A program made the translations under genes and the position numbers. A DNA stretch of 64,000 nucleotides from Oopsacas minuta. Taxonomy: Eukaryota > Animalia > Porifera. The notes under the pieces were generated by a model. That model saw nothing but the letters and a program-made list of their open reading frames with translations. It searched no databases and was not told where the DNA came from. The DNA lies in contig JAKMXF010000003.1 of NCBI GenBank assembly GCA_024704765.1, positions 124,001 through 188,000 on the forward strand, read 5' to 3'. Shown here piece after piece: positions 26,501-39,036 of this stretch (within the stretch, counting starts at the first letter, position 1; each line of letters opens with the position of its first letter).

Positions 26501-29500
26501 GACTTAGTCGTGTCAGGCATGGGGGACCTGCATCTACAGATTCTTATAGACCGATTGAAACACGAATACAGGATTATAGTCAAACTAGGGAAACTGAGTA
26601 TCGCTTATCAAGAAGTCCCAACTATTGTAAGTAAGGAAGTATACGAGACGACAAGCACTATGAGTGGGAGAGAGCAACATGTAGAAATAGGCCTGAGAGT
26701 TATACCCGGTGGACAGAACATTAAAGTTGTCAACCGATTAGGAAACGAGGTTGTTATAAGCCGCGACCAACTCAAAGCAATACAGAATGCAGTCAGGGCA
26801 GTTTGCGTAGGAGGTGGCCCGTTAATACATGGTCCTGTTACAGAATTATCAGTCGAACTGACTGACTTTACCTGTGAAGAAGTGACGTCACTCAATATTG
26901 TGAGTTATGCGACAAGAGAATGTTTGACTAAAGCACTACGTAATAGTGAACTAAGGTTAAGTGAACCTGTTATGAAAGTGGAAATTAAACTATCAGAAGA
27001 ATACGTGGAAGCTGTACTGGCGGATTTAGCTAATAACAGACGAGGTATAGTTAAGAGAGTTCTGACAGACGCTAGGGCCAGCTGTTTAGAGGCGGAGGTA
27101 CCGCTAGAACATTTACTGCAGTATAGCAATGTAGTGAGGGGGCTTACGTCAGGATATGGAGAGTATTCAAGCAGATTCCTAACCTACAGACAGGTTGCTA
27201 ACGAGCACCAGAAGACTATTATAGATAGATATAAAGGATATTAATTCGTTATTATCTGATATTGTAACTTAGCTTAGAAATAATATGTACTCAAAGTAGG
27301 ATAGAGTTCAATTGTTCTTCCTAGAGCGGCCGAAACGCGGTATCAATCGGTTCCCAACCCAGGTTCCATGGATTCCTTAGTGGTCTACGAACGACAGTAG
27401 GGGGTCTACAGAGCGTCTTTTAAATGGGGAATGGGGGTCCATGTGTGAACAGTTGGGAACTGCTGGGTTAGGAATTTAATTATATATGAACCTTACCAAA
27501 TGCGAGAAAGTTCTGAGTGACATTTCAGCTCCTATCTCCTCCCCCATGGCTACTAACGCTATGCCCAACACAGTAATAGCTTGATGAGCTCCTGGCTCAT
27601 GGAGAGCTCCAGCTACAGCTGTAGGGTCTTTTAAGTTTTCCTTCCCTTTCGTATCTTTCTCTTTCTCATCTTCCTCAGAGAAGAACTCACTGGCTTTATG
27701 CAGAAGAGACTGTATTTTCAATACATTACCAGTTCCTAATATTAAGATAATAAGGCATTTGAATACGGGCGACTTAATTATGACGTCATGAATATTACCT
27801 GCATAAGCACACACATCTAATAGAATAACACCAAAATCCTTGAGATGAGCAGGTAGACTATCAAATGCATTAGCTATGTCATTAGCTGCTTTCTGCTTAC
27901 CAAGGAATATTAAACCAACTGCCAATATAATGAATCTAAATACATTTTTTTGTTAAAAACCTATATTATAATGGTATAGAATATGTCAGTGTGTGATGGA
28001 ATCTTATGACAGGCTTCAATTTAATAAGAATTAAGTTTCCAACCTGTTGTATGTAGATTTGACATTGTATCCTTCCTTACTGAAAATAGTTAACAGCTTT
28101 AAAGCTAGTTCAGCATTACAAGATCCCAAAGCAATAAATCCTATTGACAGAGCTGTAACACTGATAACCTCACTGGTTATTAGTTTATCATTTGCATTAG
28201 ATACTTTATCTGTGAATACTTCTGTTAACATCACAATTAAGTCTTCACGGCATGATCCAGCATATGCTAATCCTAATCTAATAGAAATACAATGCGAGCT
28301 CGTTAATAAGAACACAAACAGATTAATAGTGGACTATGTGAAGAGGTTCTTGTCGTTATAACTCACCCTAGAATAGCAGCTATCTTCATTTTGATATGAC
28401 TAACATTAGCATCTGATACAAACTCAGATAGAATACCCATAGCAGGATCACACTCATTCCTTATACCACAATTTACTATACCGGTTGCTAAGAGAGCTCC
28501 TGCCTACAGAAAATACGTCAAAATATAACAGCTGATCGTAAGCATAGGAAGCACCATAAGCGCCGACACAAGGAGTATTTCACGGGTAACATCGAAGTAA
28601 TTATCGCGGTTCCTTGAGCATCGATATAACGAGAGTTAACTGTACAATATATCATAGCTTACTTTAATTTCAATATCTTGTGAATATATATACTTGTCAA
28701 TATGTGTCAGACCTGTATCAACATCCCATAACATTATAAGTCCCAGAGAAGCTACAGCGCTAATCATTCCGTTATCTTTAACTTTACCAAGCCAAGCTTG
28801 ATTATCTGCATCCATTGTAACTTTATCTTTACCAAAAGCACAATTAACAAATCCATTAACGAACGTGGAAGCTAGGAACATTTTGCTTTGGTCTTGTGTA
28901 GCAGTTCTAGGAGGATCTGAGTGATTCTTCATGACGTCATCTGGTAGTTTTGGTTCAACGATATCTAACTGGAGAGATGGAATGTATCAATTCTTAATTG
29001 TAATTGGCTGAAGATATGTACAGTGGAACATCGTTAATACGTATTTCCTGATAAGAACTTATTCAATTGGTATTACACCGGATAAAGCGAACAGATTTGA
29101 CCGTCTGTTAGTATTCCTATTAACGAGGCTACACTGTATGCGGAACTTACTTCTCTAGCTAATGCCAGGAAATGTTGATTTAATTGAGAATTAGAAATAA
29201 TCTCTCGTAACAACTCATTACTACTCTCCATCTCATCTTCTGGTATTTCTAAGAATACTTGCTGTCTGCCTAGCATAAAGCAGAGCTGTTTCTTCAATAA
29301 TCTACGAGATGAATCGAATTAAAATGTAGTTTGGTAGGAAATTGGAAAGTGTTCCCATCAAATGCCTATTTTCCCATCCATGTATCCAATAGATTAACTC
29401 ACTCATCGTTACAAGAGAAGAATATATCTTTAATGAGTTTGAGATCATTCAGCTGCATTGCTAGTTTCATAGCTGCAGCTAGCTTATTATACTTCCTGAA

Positions 29501-30615
29501 AATACTAATTGCTACCGTTAAGAGTGTTGTGTTCTCAGGTTCTGCTACATACTGGACACAGCTATTGAATAAAACATACAGTAAACTCCTGTTATATGGA
29601 GATAACGTAATAATAATGATCCTACCTGACTAGGTATAGACATACTCTCTCATGCGCCAGCTCATCCACATAATCCTCTAGCCTTTCTAACATCTCTACT
29701 TCCATAAGGAGGTCACAAGCTTCACATTCTGCATTATGTTGCATATTGAATGGTACTATCTCTTTAACTAGGTGTATTAGGTAGTCAGCATCTTGTTCCA
29801 TCTCATCATCACCCCCCTTTATCTTTTCTTGATATTCTGCTTGTATTTCTCCTGATAAATGTCTAAATTATAACAATAACACAAGGAGAGAACTATACGT
29901 TAGCAGGGGGACATAGAAATGCGAATACAATGTAATTGCAGTGTATTCTATTTTAATAGGAGTATTGTATTATGTAAGGAGATGTTCTAACCTGATGTAT
30001 TCATGTCCCCAAGTGCTGACAGCATCTGAAGTACCCTGTAATCTGTATTTCAAACAGTCTCTCTTCTCTCCTATTGTCATGCCAAGGACACTCAGGACAT
30101 CTGCTAGCTCTTTCTAACCAATAAACAACAATACATAAATACCTATGTAACCACTTGGTATCCATGATATACCTTGATTTCTCCTTCTGGGTATTTATCG
30201 TATATCAATACAATTTGCTGGAAATGAGGTCTCAGGAATTTAAGAGGTTTGGGTACTGAAGTCATTGAGCTGGTAGAAGATCGAATTTGATTTCTCAGAA
30301 TGTTTAGTGAATTCTGACGGAGCTCAGCCTCTTCATCCTAAAGAAAATAAACAAAAACAACAAACAAATAAGAGATGAATCCACAAACAAACAAACTTAT
30401 TACTTCTAATCTCTCCACCAATAACAGTAGCTCCTCTTTCAATTGTATATCTTCTTCAGACTATAGCAATAAGATAAAATATAAATACGTATTGATTACA
30501 AAAATATATTTCTTTAAAGTTTACTTACCAATTCCTCGGCTGGTAACTTAGGTTCCTCTGTATCAGCTTCCTTTGTGGGTTTAGTATCAGATTTCTTTTC
30601 AGTTTTCTCAGACAT
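23560..30615 (-). CDS. PSMD2: 26S proteasome regulatory subunit Rpn1, many short exons
   Basis: [94 protein letters not shown] and [25 protein letters not shown]; ends [14 protein letters not shown]. Confidence 0.95.
24693..24859. mobile_element. MITE family B, upstream of GFM2 in the PSMD2 intron
   Basis: CAGTCAACTCCCGGTATA...GATATAACGAGAGTAGACTG|TA. Confidence 0.8.
24941..27244 (+). CDS. GFM2: Mitochondrial ribosome-recycling factor 2 (EF-G2mt), intronless, nested antisense in a PSMD2 intron
   Basis: [51 protein letters not shown] and SGMGDLHL. Lies wholly inside the PSMD2 intron at about 24664-27496. Confidence 0.9.
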   Translation: MFTTHIMPLKLLTTYRYRLLLQHTYRHNHMLQVRNVANNENKLVGCSDLTNMRNIGILAHIDAGKTSTTECMLFHAGVVKKIGRIDDGDTRMDFMKQERERGITINAANIAFNWLNRTVNLIDTPGHVDFNFEVERCLHVLDSAVLVLDGTEGVQPQTISINKQMTEWTLPRLIYTNKMDRKNADFDRSIKALRKELEVNPVVYTRPVYINGMFRGVVDLISMIVRIHTKNNIQCFPVNGENGGFNEQLIEMGVNRENLEIIIHSRTKLIEELVSFDENLLEEYFEGKTPSPENLKRLLRSCCVNQQVSPVLCGSAVTNIGIDLLLNAIVEYLPSPLDRIESHFPVNFHHDANSPLIAYAFKVIQDRNRGSLVYLRVYSGVLKSHSHIYRLGDRGSEKINRLLLSQAGDLKEIRAVGPGNIGVAVGLKETQTGDVITSDETILTEITKQIETANDCVTKRTASPSQTWLTNLIKLNVPDAVFYCTLYVDSKEEERELVKALNQLTTEDPSLRYKIDPNNEDLVVSGMGDLHLQILIDRLKHEYRIIVKLGKLSIAYQEVPTIVSKEVYETTSTMSGREQHVEIGLRVIPGGQNIKVVNRLGNEVVISRDQLKAIQNAVRAVCVGGGPLIHGPVTELSVELTDFTCEEVTSLNIVSYATRECLTKALRNSELRLSEPVMKVEIKLSEEYVEAVLADLANNRRGIVKRVLTDARASCLEAEVPLEHLLQYSNVVRGLTSGYGEYSSRFLTYRQVANEHQKTIIDRYKGY
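27345..27465. mobile_element. hAT-type MITE family C, downstream of GFM2
   Basis: CGGTTCCCAACCC...AGTTGGGAACTGCTG; core GTGGTCTACGAACGACAGTAGGGGGTC shared with 58998-59111. Confidence 0.7.
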
Positions 30616-30903
30616 TCCACGCTATGTCTACTAATTCATACAAAAACATCACCAAATTAAGAGATGGAAATTTGGTAGAATTCGAGTCAAAACATGTTGT
30701 AACGGATTGACTGCCAGAAGTTACCGTTAAGGAAGTAATGTGTAGAAATTACTACCCATCAGTTTAATGTATGAAATTCGATAAAAAAGTGAACAAAAAA
30801 GTTATACAAAAGAATTTGATACGAAATAGTAAGTGAATCGCTAAAACTTTCCAAAAATCTCGGAAAAAGTTTCGTAGCTAATTAACATAAGATAAGTGCT
30901 CTA

Positions 30904-32866
30904 TCAGTTGTATACAGTCATTGAATTGAGTAGTATCCTCTCTAGAAGGGAGGAGGTTACTTTATTGGGGTATAGTCTAGTTATTCTTTCCTGTGGTAAG
31001 GTCTTCTCTACAAGCATAGGGATATCTTCAGGAGAGAATCCTAGAGACTTGAGACCGTTAGGAATCTCTAGACGGTTCATTATCTTACAGAGCTGGTCTG
31101 ACAGACAACGACCTGCATCTTCTGTTTTGATGTTATTCGTGTTTGCACCTGTAAATATATAACACATGAAATAAAAGAAGAGGCCTTGGGGGAGAATTAT
31201 GTGCCGAATATTACAGTCAACTTCCGTTATGTCGAAGCTAAAGGGACCGTGATAATCACTTCGATCTAAGCGGAGTACGGTGTAACAGATTAAAAGTATG
31301 CTACTTTGACGGTTGGTGACCATATTTGTACAATTTCAGACTTCAATATAGCGGCTCTTTCGATATATCCGTGTTTGACATATCGGGAGTTGACTGTATT
31401 TAATGAACAACAAGTTGTAGTATTAGTATGAATGAGATTGTCTGGTTGTTCAGGTTTCATAGTATACAACAAGTCATTACCTATTAACCCAGCTAGCTGA
31501 ATACATCTATCTGGAGCTACAAGTGCAACCTCCTTAAATACAGCAGGAGCTGTCATGACAACAGAAAGGCCGTGTGGAATGATCGGATGATCATTAGAAT
31601 AGTCAGATGGACAATAATCCTTTACAGAGCCAGATAATGCAAAAGATATAGCATGGCATAGATGTACACCAGAGCTACTGAATCCTATTCCTGCTAGTAG
31701 TGATGCAAAACTCATCTGTGCGGATGATTCTTGATCAAACAGACTCTCAATTGAACCCAGAAAATTATCATTGATAATCCTACAGGAAATATTTCAATAT
31801 AACATTAATGGATGGTTTTGAAATTTTGACGAGCAGTTTTTGTCGTCAAGGTAGAATGAGTTCGTATTTACGAGAGTCTACTATTGATAACTTACTTCAG
31901 AGTCTCAACAGCCCAAATATCAGATATAGGATTAGCTCCTTGATGTTGTGGTCTATGAAGAGGATTCAATGGCTTCGGTGATCTATTATCATAACGAATA
32001 TTAGTGAAAGATTCCAACGCATGACATAGCACATCAAATCCTGAGTATATAGCCACGTTCTTAGGCATTGATAGTGCATTCAGTGGATCTACTATAGCTA
32101 AATTAGCACATAGTGCTCTATTAGAAAATCCTGTCTTAGCATTTATTGATTCCATTTGGCAGATGGCTACTCCAGTAGTTTCGCTACCAGTTCCTGATGT
32201 TGTTGGAATACATATAAGAGGTTTTAACTGTTTGAAGATCGGTTCTCCTTTCCCAACAGGTTTATTTACGAAATCAAAGAAGTCCTTTTCTGGATAGGCG
32301 TCAAATAATCTAGCTACTTTAGCTGTATCCATAACAGAACCTCCTCCTACTGCCAGGAACCCTTCATATTGTCTCATCTGAGCTCTGTGTATAGCTTCTC
32401 TAAAGCTCTTCTCTGTAGGCTCTATTCGTACCTATAAACTGACATTCATGTATTCCTATTAAATTACAATAATTCAAAGTTAAGATATATCCCTCACCTC
32501 ACTGAACACATCAAACTCTACATTATCAGCTCTGAGAGCATCAGCTGTTGCTTTGAAGGGAAGAAGCTTAATCAAATTCTTATCAGTGAATAGGAGAACT
32601 CTCTTCACACCTTTGTTCACAAAATCCATCCCTACTTCCCTAGTAGCACCCTTTCCTATACGTACACTAGGGGAAAATGTTTCATACGCGTAATCAGTAG
32701 TGATTGAATCAGAAGAAGTTTGTCTATGTCTTGGAGGTATACTACTGTTGAGTATACCGGATGAGTGAGCAGGACATCTACAAGGGCTACCTGCTATAGC
32801 ATGTAATGTCTCTCTAACTATTTCTCTTCTGGATAGTTCTTTTATGATACGGACACCACGATTCAT
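30904..32866 (-). CDS. ADHFE1: Hydroxyacid-oxoacid transhydrogenase paralogue B, canonical active site, 4 exons
   Basis: Exons 32866-32498, 32431-31896, 31779-31481 and 31148-30904. CRCPAHS leader motif, IPTTSGTGSETTG, FDVLCHALESFT, GVHLCHAIS, IIPHGLS and TLPQERIT; same intron positions as paralogue A. Confidence 0.95.
31214..31396. mobile_element. MITE family B, in ADHFE1-B intron 3
   Basis: TA|CAGTCAACTTCCGTTATGTCG...CATATCGGGAGTTGACTG|TA. Confidence 0.85.
32294..32701. repeat. 408-bp inverted repeat arm (partner 2324-2731)
   Basis: Reverse complement of 2324-2731 with one mismatch. Confidence 0.92.
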
Positions 32867-33051
32867 TAGTGATAATTAGATCAATTGATACTACAGTAGA
32901 CACCACTTAACACCTAATATGGTCATACGAAATTTACATTGGAAAAAAATTTGTGTAAAAAATCTTTCTATGATTTTAGAATTAATTCCAAAACAAACAA
33001 ATAAACAACAAAACAACAAACTTTGTAGGTTTAAAGACAACTAAAATATTA

Positions 33052-34422
33052 TTAATCTCTAATAACACGCTTAACATATAAATACCATCTATTGTGAGTA
33101 GGACAAGACTCGACCAGTAACCAACTACACGTACAGAGTATAGCTCTAACAAGTAACAGAATCTTGAATACTAATACTCTATCACTAACGGGTATATCCA
33201 CAGGGTAATATGACTGAGTACCAATTGAATACAGCTGACAATTTTGTGTAGTAGAATTTGTTAGGAGATCAGGCCATAGAGTATCCCAGCCGTCTGAATA
33301 AGGCAATGATATGTAGTGTATTTGTAGATCTATGTACATGAGGGAGAGACATATGATAAGCGAGAGGGAGGTCAGAAAAAACGCGATCACATTGAGAATA
33401 ATAATATACTGTTTCTTATGAAAAGCTTCTAATACATATTTCCTATTCAAACTTGGTAAATCTATTCTATCAGCTAAATACACTACAGTGACAGTTGACA
33501 GGGAATAGAATATGCAATGAGATGGCAATGACAGTTTTGACACGTTCAAAACTGAGTTAAGATCTAGATTACTGTATGATGCTAGTGTGTATACAAATAC
33601 TGTATGCCATATTGTGATACCAACCAGTAGGCTATGTGATAGTAGCCCAAAGGTGTGAAAAATAGGGTTACATATATGAGCAAGGTTCGTACGAGAACAT
33701 GACAACCTTGAGGAACAATTGGAATGCGGGATAGGGTCAATTGGAGGTGTGTCTTGCTTTGAAACAGGAATAAATCTACCGTCTTTCCTTTCAAAAAACG
33801 CCTTTTCAGATTTCATTAGGAATTGTGATTGCGTATTATGTGTAGAGATCGGGTTGCCAAGGATGGTAGTCTCGGTATGTGAGGCTATGTCTTCCACTGA
33901 TAGGAGATGGATAGGTTCATATGATACATTCAGAGGTTGTTGTAGGTGGACATGAGGGGGCGGTTCATTAGGTGTTACAGCCCTTCTAGAAAAGTAGCAT
34001 TTATTATAAACAATATACAGACAGTAATTATACTTTTACAGATGTTCCCAACCTTGGAGTCCATGAACCACAGGTTGAGAACTTCTGCACTATTATATAA
34101 CTCACACAGGGGAGCTACTGTCAGTTTCCAGCGGGGGTAAAGGTCTATTAGAAGTAGGCATTACTGTATCTAACTGTATAGAAGGGGAGTGCTTCATAAT
34201 TCTACGTTTCTTCTTTTTCCTAACACCAGTGACGCCACGAGGTAATATCGGATCTAGACGTGACGCTGGCCTGGCTATCAATACAGGAGAGGGAGAACCA
34301 GAGGGAGACAGGTCAGGGAGAGGTGTGTCCAGGGCTAAATCAATGTCTTGAGAATGGTCTGTGATTACTTCATCAAGTGACTGTGTTAAATTCGTTATTA
34401 TATCCTCTGATAGTGACGTCAT
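33052..34422 (-). CDS. TMEM237: TMEM237-like ciliary transition-zone membrane protein, 2 exons
   Basis: Exons 34422-34106 and 33985-33052. RKKKKRR motif, KAFFERKDGRF, FHTFGLLSHSLLVGITIWHTVFVYTL and LADRIDL follow the TMEM237 pattern; about 4 hydrophobic segments. Confidence 0.7.
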
Positions 34423-34802
34423 TTTATATATCTCTTATATCTTATATGTGGAAATAGGAATAGTTGTAAAATATGAACAAACTCTACGCTCTCATAACAA
34501 AGAGAATACAGTTGTGTTTAAGTTGTATGTTGCATGGATTCCCCTTGCTATTAGAGGAATTATTTTCAATACAAAATGGACTCTAACTCACTGAAAAAAA
34601 CTTCGAATATTGCTAATAGGGAACACCACCATATTCATAGTTATTGGAAATATTGAAAGGAAAACTCAGTGGAGTCGTGTACACTGGAAAGGGAGTAGCC
34701 ACAAAATTCACCTAGCCTCGCTTCCAAGATTTCAAAGCTGTATGTAGCCACAAAATATCACAATTAAAGCTGAAAATTGAATTAATTCATATTCACAAAT
34801 TA

Positions 34803-36573
34803 TTACTTTTGAGCTCTAACTTTGGATCTAAAGCAAGTAGTAAATAATTCCCAATTATTCTTACCCACAAATGTTCCTCTCTTCTGCCATCTACGCAACA
34901 CGTCTAAGAACTCTTGATAATCCAGAAATCCATCTTTTTTAATATCGAAAATAGAAAATAGAATCTCTAGAAGATTATTATCAAACTTATCACCGCAACA
35001 AATCTCGACTGCGTGGTTAAATTCGCGTTTATTAACACCTTTTCCATCAACAGTATATATACTCACTACAGTAGATAGATCTTCTATGTTAAGAAGGAGG
35101 TCACAGAACCTTTCATATTGATGTAGGTCGAATTCTGGGATAGCATTCTTTGAATAATTACGATATAATCTAGACTACAAGGAAAACGACAGTAAATATG
35201 TGTAATAAGGATATATCGAAGTCTTAAATTGTACAAATATGGTCACAAACCGTCAAAGAAACATAATCTCACCGGTATCTCGGGGAGTAATTATCGCGGT
35301 CCTTGAACTTCGATATAACCAATCAAATATATGTCACTTGGAATGTTTGGGAGCATATTTGTACAATTTAAGACTTGGATATAACGGGGAGTTGACTGTA
35401 CATACGAACTTTAATTTCCTTCATAGACAAGCAACTATATCTCATAATTAACTTCGCAAAATCCTCCCCTGATATAGTTTTATTGCCTTTAGCATATACA
35501 TTAAACTCATAAAGCAGGACTTCCTTCTGGAAAGCATCAATGAATGTAGAAAACTCATCAAACGATAGAGTTCCCTTTCCATCAGTTCCGAACAGATGTA
35601 CCAGTAGAGACGACTGTACGCCTGTAGTCCTAGGATCCAGGAGCTCAGGAACATTCCCTAACATAGAATTCTGTACCTGAATAAACTCACTAAGCTCTAT
35701 ACATCCGTTACAGTCTCTATCGTATATACTGAATGCTATCTTGAAATGATGATTACACTTAGCAAGAGTTGATACGAGGAATCTATATAATAGGCAAATA
35801 TTGTGTATGTTAATACCACACAAATTCTATGAATACAAACCCCTTGTGAACGAGATATACGGTTTATGCTGGATATTAGCACCATCCTCTGGAAAATGGT
35901 TCTCATATATTCCTGTATATTTTATTTCGGCTATATGAACATGTATTGCTACTCCTAAGGGTGTTCTTATAACCGGCATCCACTGTATCTCACTATTTCC
36001 CTATGACGTAATCACTTAAACTCACCTATAATCTGGATATGACAGTATACCATCATTCCAAATATTCTTCAAGAATCCCTCATGATTTCTCTCCCTATTA
36101 GATGACGTCAAATCCGACCATTTATTAACCTGTTTGGTATCTACCTTATTAACAGAGTGTGCATTCTTATCAAGTGTTGGGACTTGTGTTACTAAGCGGA
36201 TAAAACTAGCAGGAGACATGTACAGAACTCCCTGGTATAAATAGGTCGAATTTTCTGCGAAAATTCTCTCCTGTTTCGTCAATTTTGAATCACCAACTAG
36301 TTCATTTGCGTGGAATGTTTGTTGTGTGTGTATATTTGTTGTTGATAAGTTTGGTTGTTTACTTTCGCGTTTTGTATATAAATACAAAGTAACACCTCCC
36401 CCGAGTAACAGGGCAAGGATTATCAGTCGGTTAGATGTATATTTCGAGGAAGTTGTGTCTAGGATTTGAGTTGTGGACTTCGTGTGTATTTTGTTGAATT
36501 TATAAGAATTGTTGGGTTGAAATTGTGATAAGTTTGTGAGAAGTGAATAACGAGATATTAGAAATCTAGACAT
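34803..36573 (-). CDS. MICU2: Mitochondrial calcium uptake regulator (MICU2/3-like EF-hand protein), 3 exons
   Basis: Presequence plus TM-like segment, LTKQERIF...LYMSPASF, GILSYPDY/RFL, EF-hands DRDCNGCIELSEF and DIKKDGFLDYQEF. Confidence 0.8.
35190..35398. mobile_element. MITE family B filling almost the whole MICU intron 2
   Basis: Right end GATATAACGGGGAGTTGACTG|TA lies a few bases from the splice donor; the left end is degenerate. Confidence 0.75.
35860..35985. mobile_element. MITE family A, in MICU intron 1
   Basis: ...GGTGTTCTTATAACCGGCATCCACTG|TA; core shared with 15559. Confidence 0.75.
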
Positions 36574-37030
36574 CTCATATGGTAAGCTTTTATAACTGGA
36601 AATATAGCAGGAAATGACAGATAATTTCGGTGGGACATTCCGAAAAAACTGGGGTATTTAGGGAGGCCCAGCCCCTCGGGACTACGCCTATGGGATACCC
36701 GTGTGTGTGCAGGGCCACCGTAAGAGCGTCACCAGGATCATTCAGCTTCCTAGTCGGATTGCAGCTGGTTGGGAAGTAGGGAGAATGAATGATGGACAGC
36801 AATATACGGTTAGTATGACGTCATAAAACAATGAATATACGTAAATAAAATCAACATTGCATAGATCCTAATTCACATATAATCACACATTTTGTAATAA
36901 TTATCTTCTAATAGCAAATAACAAGGAAAAGAACAATAAATTCAATTTTTGGGGAGAAATAATACAAAATACTACACACATCTGAATGGAAGCTTAAAAT
37001 AGCAGTTAAAAAGGATACCAGTAGAGTATA

Positions 37031-37879
37031 CTAATAATGCTGATAAACAGTAAAGTTCAATACGATATTGATACCAATAATGATACAAGACAGAGCTATG
37101 CCAAATCCTGCGAATATCCTTGCTACCCTCGCGTTAGTCAGGGCCTCAGCATAGCGTCCATTCTCTTGATCAGAGCTAGCCATTATGAGGAAGCAAAGAG
37201 CAATACATCCTAAGATAGGACAGAACAGTATAGCGATAATTACGTATATCCAAAGGAAAGGGTTCACTACTACTTGACGAATAGGTGGAGTCAAATATAC
37301 CTAAATAGAAAATGACGTCAGTATTGTAAAGCTATTCAGTAAACTCCCATTATAAGAAGTGAATACCGCATATAGCTTCAAAGTAATTGATTTACCCAGC
37401 TTACAACGAATGAAGCAGGGTCCCGAGTAAGTAATAATGAGAGTTTAGTGTTAGAAATATTATGGAAAACAGGACACTTAAAATCCATAATTATTAAATT
37501 TGTATACAGTCAACTTCCGTTATACCGAAGCTCAAGTGACCGCGATATAACCTATGAAAATATGTGACCATATCTGTACAATTTAGACTTATACGTAAGC
37601 AGGTATATCAATATATCCGTGTTAGATAAAATGGGAGTTGAGTGTATATTATTCTACGAACTCTACCTGTGTAGTAGGCACAGTCCTCTCAGTCACAATA
37701 ACGGTACGAGTTGTACCATGCACTGGTGGTTGGTGAGGATATTCAGGTGTTACTGTGCCCTGATAAGGAGGGGGTGGGGCATTTGCGTAGGCATTAGGCC
37801 CTGGCTGTTGGTAACGAGGTTGCTGGGAACCTGAATAGGTAGGGGGAGCGTATTCTGGGATTAATTTATCAGTAGACAT
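37031..37879 (-). CDS. CD225/dispanin (PRRT/IFITM-like) membrane protein, 2 exons
   Basis: Pro/Gln-rich N-terminus with PPPY; exon 2 (37300-37031) encodes IIAILFCPILGCIALCFLIMAS...GRYAEALTNARVAR plus a C-terminal TM helix. Confidence 0.8.
37507..37644. mobile_element. MITE family B, in CD225 gene intron (second degenerate copy about 37334-37452)
   Basis: TA|CAGTCAACTTCCGTTATACCGAAGCTCAAGTGACCGCG...GGGAGTTGAGTG|TA. Confidence 0.75.
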
Positions 37880-38538
37880 CTTAAGCAGATAAGCTAATAT
37901 AATATTAAGTAATAAAACAAGCAATTATCCCTTTTATACTATCTCTTATCTTAGGCCACTTTTAATGACGTCATTCAATTAATATAGCTGCAAATCAGAT
38001 ATAGTAAGAAGCTATAAGATATGTGTATTTATAGAATTCAAGTATCCGTTCCATTTCCAACTTTAAACTTTAAGCAAACATCACTCTTAATACTATTGTA
38101 TCATCATTATATAATATTATAAATATATTGCTCTATTAGAGGATTACGGAGAGATAACTCAGATAAAATGTACTGCTTCCTGCAAACAAGGAAATCCTAA
38201 TCATTCGATACAATATCTATTCGAATAAGACGTACACTCGGATAGTACGTAATAAATTTGTTTCTCGAAGGTAGTGAAACTTCCACAAAAGGGGGGCCTG
38301 TGGGAACAGGGAAGCATTTTCGGCGTCACTAGCACCACGTTAGTGGAGGTTACACTGTATTGCACATTTCAACGGTAGTACGTATGATTCTAATTAAAAT
38401 TACAAAAGTCTTTCTATCGCTAACTTATCATTAATAATAATAAGATGGTAGTACACAGTAATTATCGACCTATTCAACCCTACAGGATTATAACAAAGTG
38501 AATAACAATTATCACATGAATACATGACGTCATAATAA

Positions 38539-39036
38539 TTAATTCTTCTCGCCTTCCCTCTCTTCCACAAGTTCATAGTTCTCCCATTCCCAATCGATCT
38601 GCCTCTCCAAATCAGGTTTATCGGCTAAATACTCATCAACTGTCATATCTTCTATCGGTTTCATATTATTGATTCGGACAACTTCTGCCTTATACTCCTC
38701 AGCTCTTTGTTTCGATTCCTCTAATAACCTGACTGCTTCTTTCTCCATTTCTACTTTCTTTTGTTCTATCTTATCGCTCTCAGTGTCTTTAGGGAATTGT
38801 ATTTTTAGCTGGTCAAACTGTTTCTTGAAATCGGCGACTATCGCGGATTTTGACACATTAGTTTGGTAGAAAGACCAATCTATAGTAGTCGGCCTTTCGG
38901 TGTAGTTTGTGTTTTGAGTTTGGAGAGATTCGTACTTTGCTCTCAAACTCATGTAATCACCCCGAGCCTCTTTAGGGACACGAGATAGAATGCGTGACCA
39001 ATCAAATACTCGCTTTCCAACCGTTTTACTTGCCAT
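38539..39036 (-). CDS. ATP5PD: Mitochondrial ATP synthase subunit d, single exon
   Basis: FDWSRI...IDWSFYQTNV....VADFKKQF....PKD...MKPIEDMTVDEYLADKP. Confidence 0.9.
   Translation of the reverse strand: MASKTVGKRVFDWSRILSRVPKEARGDYMSLRAKYESLQTQNTNYTERPTTIDWSFYQTNVSKSAIVADFKKQFDQLKIQFPKDTESDKIEQKKVEMEKEAVRLLEESKQRAEEYKAEVVRINNMKPIEDMTVDEYLADKPDLERQIDWEWENYELVEEREGEKN

Noticed and set aside
36620-36800. GC-rich island with a TTTCGG/CCGAAA hairpin upstream of MICU, considered as snRNA, SRP, RNase P/MRP or SL RNA
   Set aside because: I could not find the conserved motifs of those RNAs. CTACGCCTATG resembles the MITE-like end near 50800, so transposon remnants are more likely. A covariance-model search would settle it.
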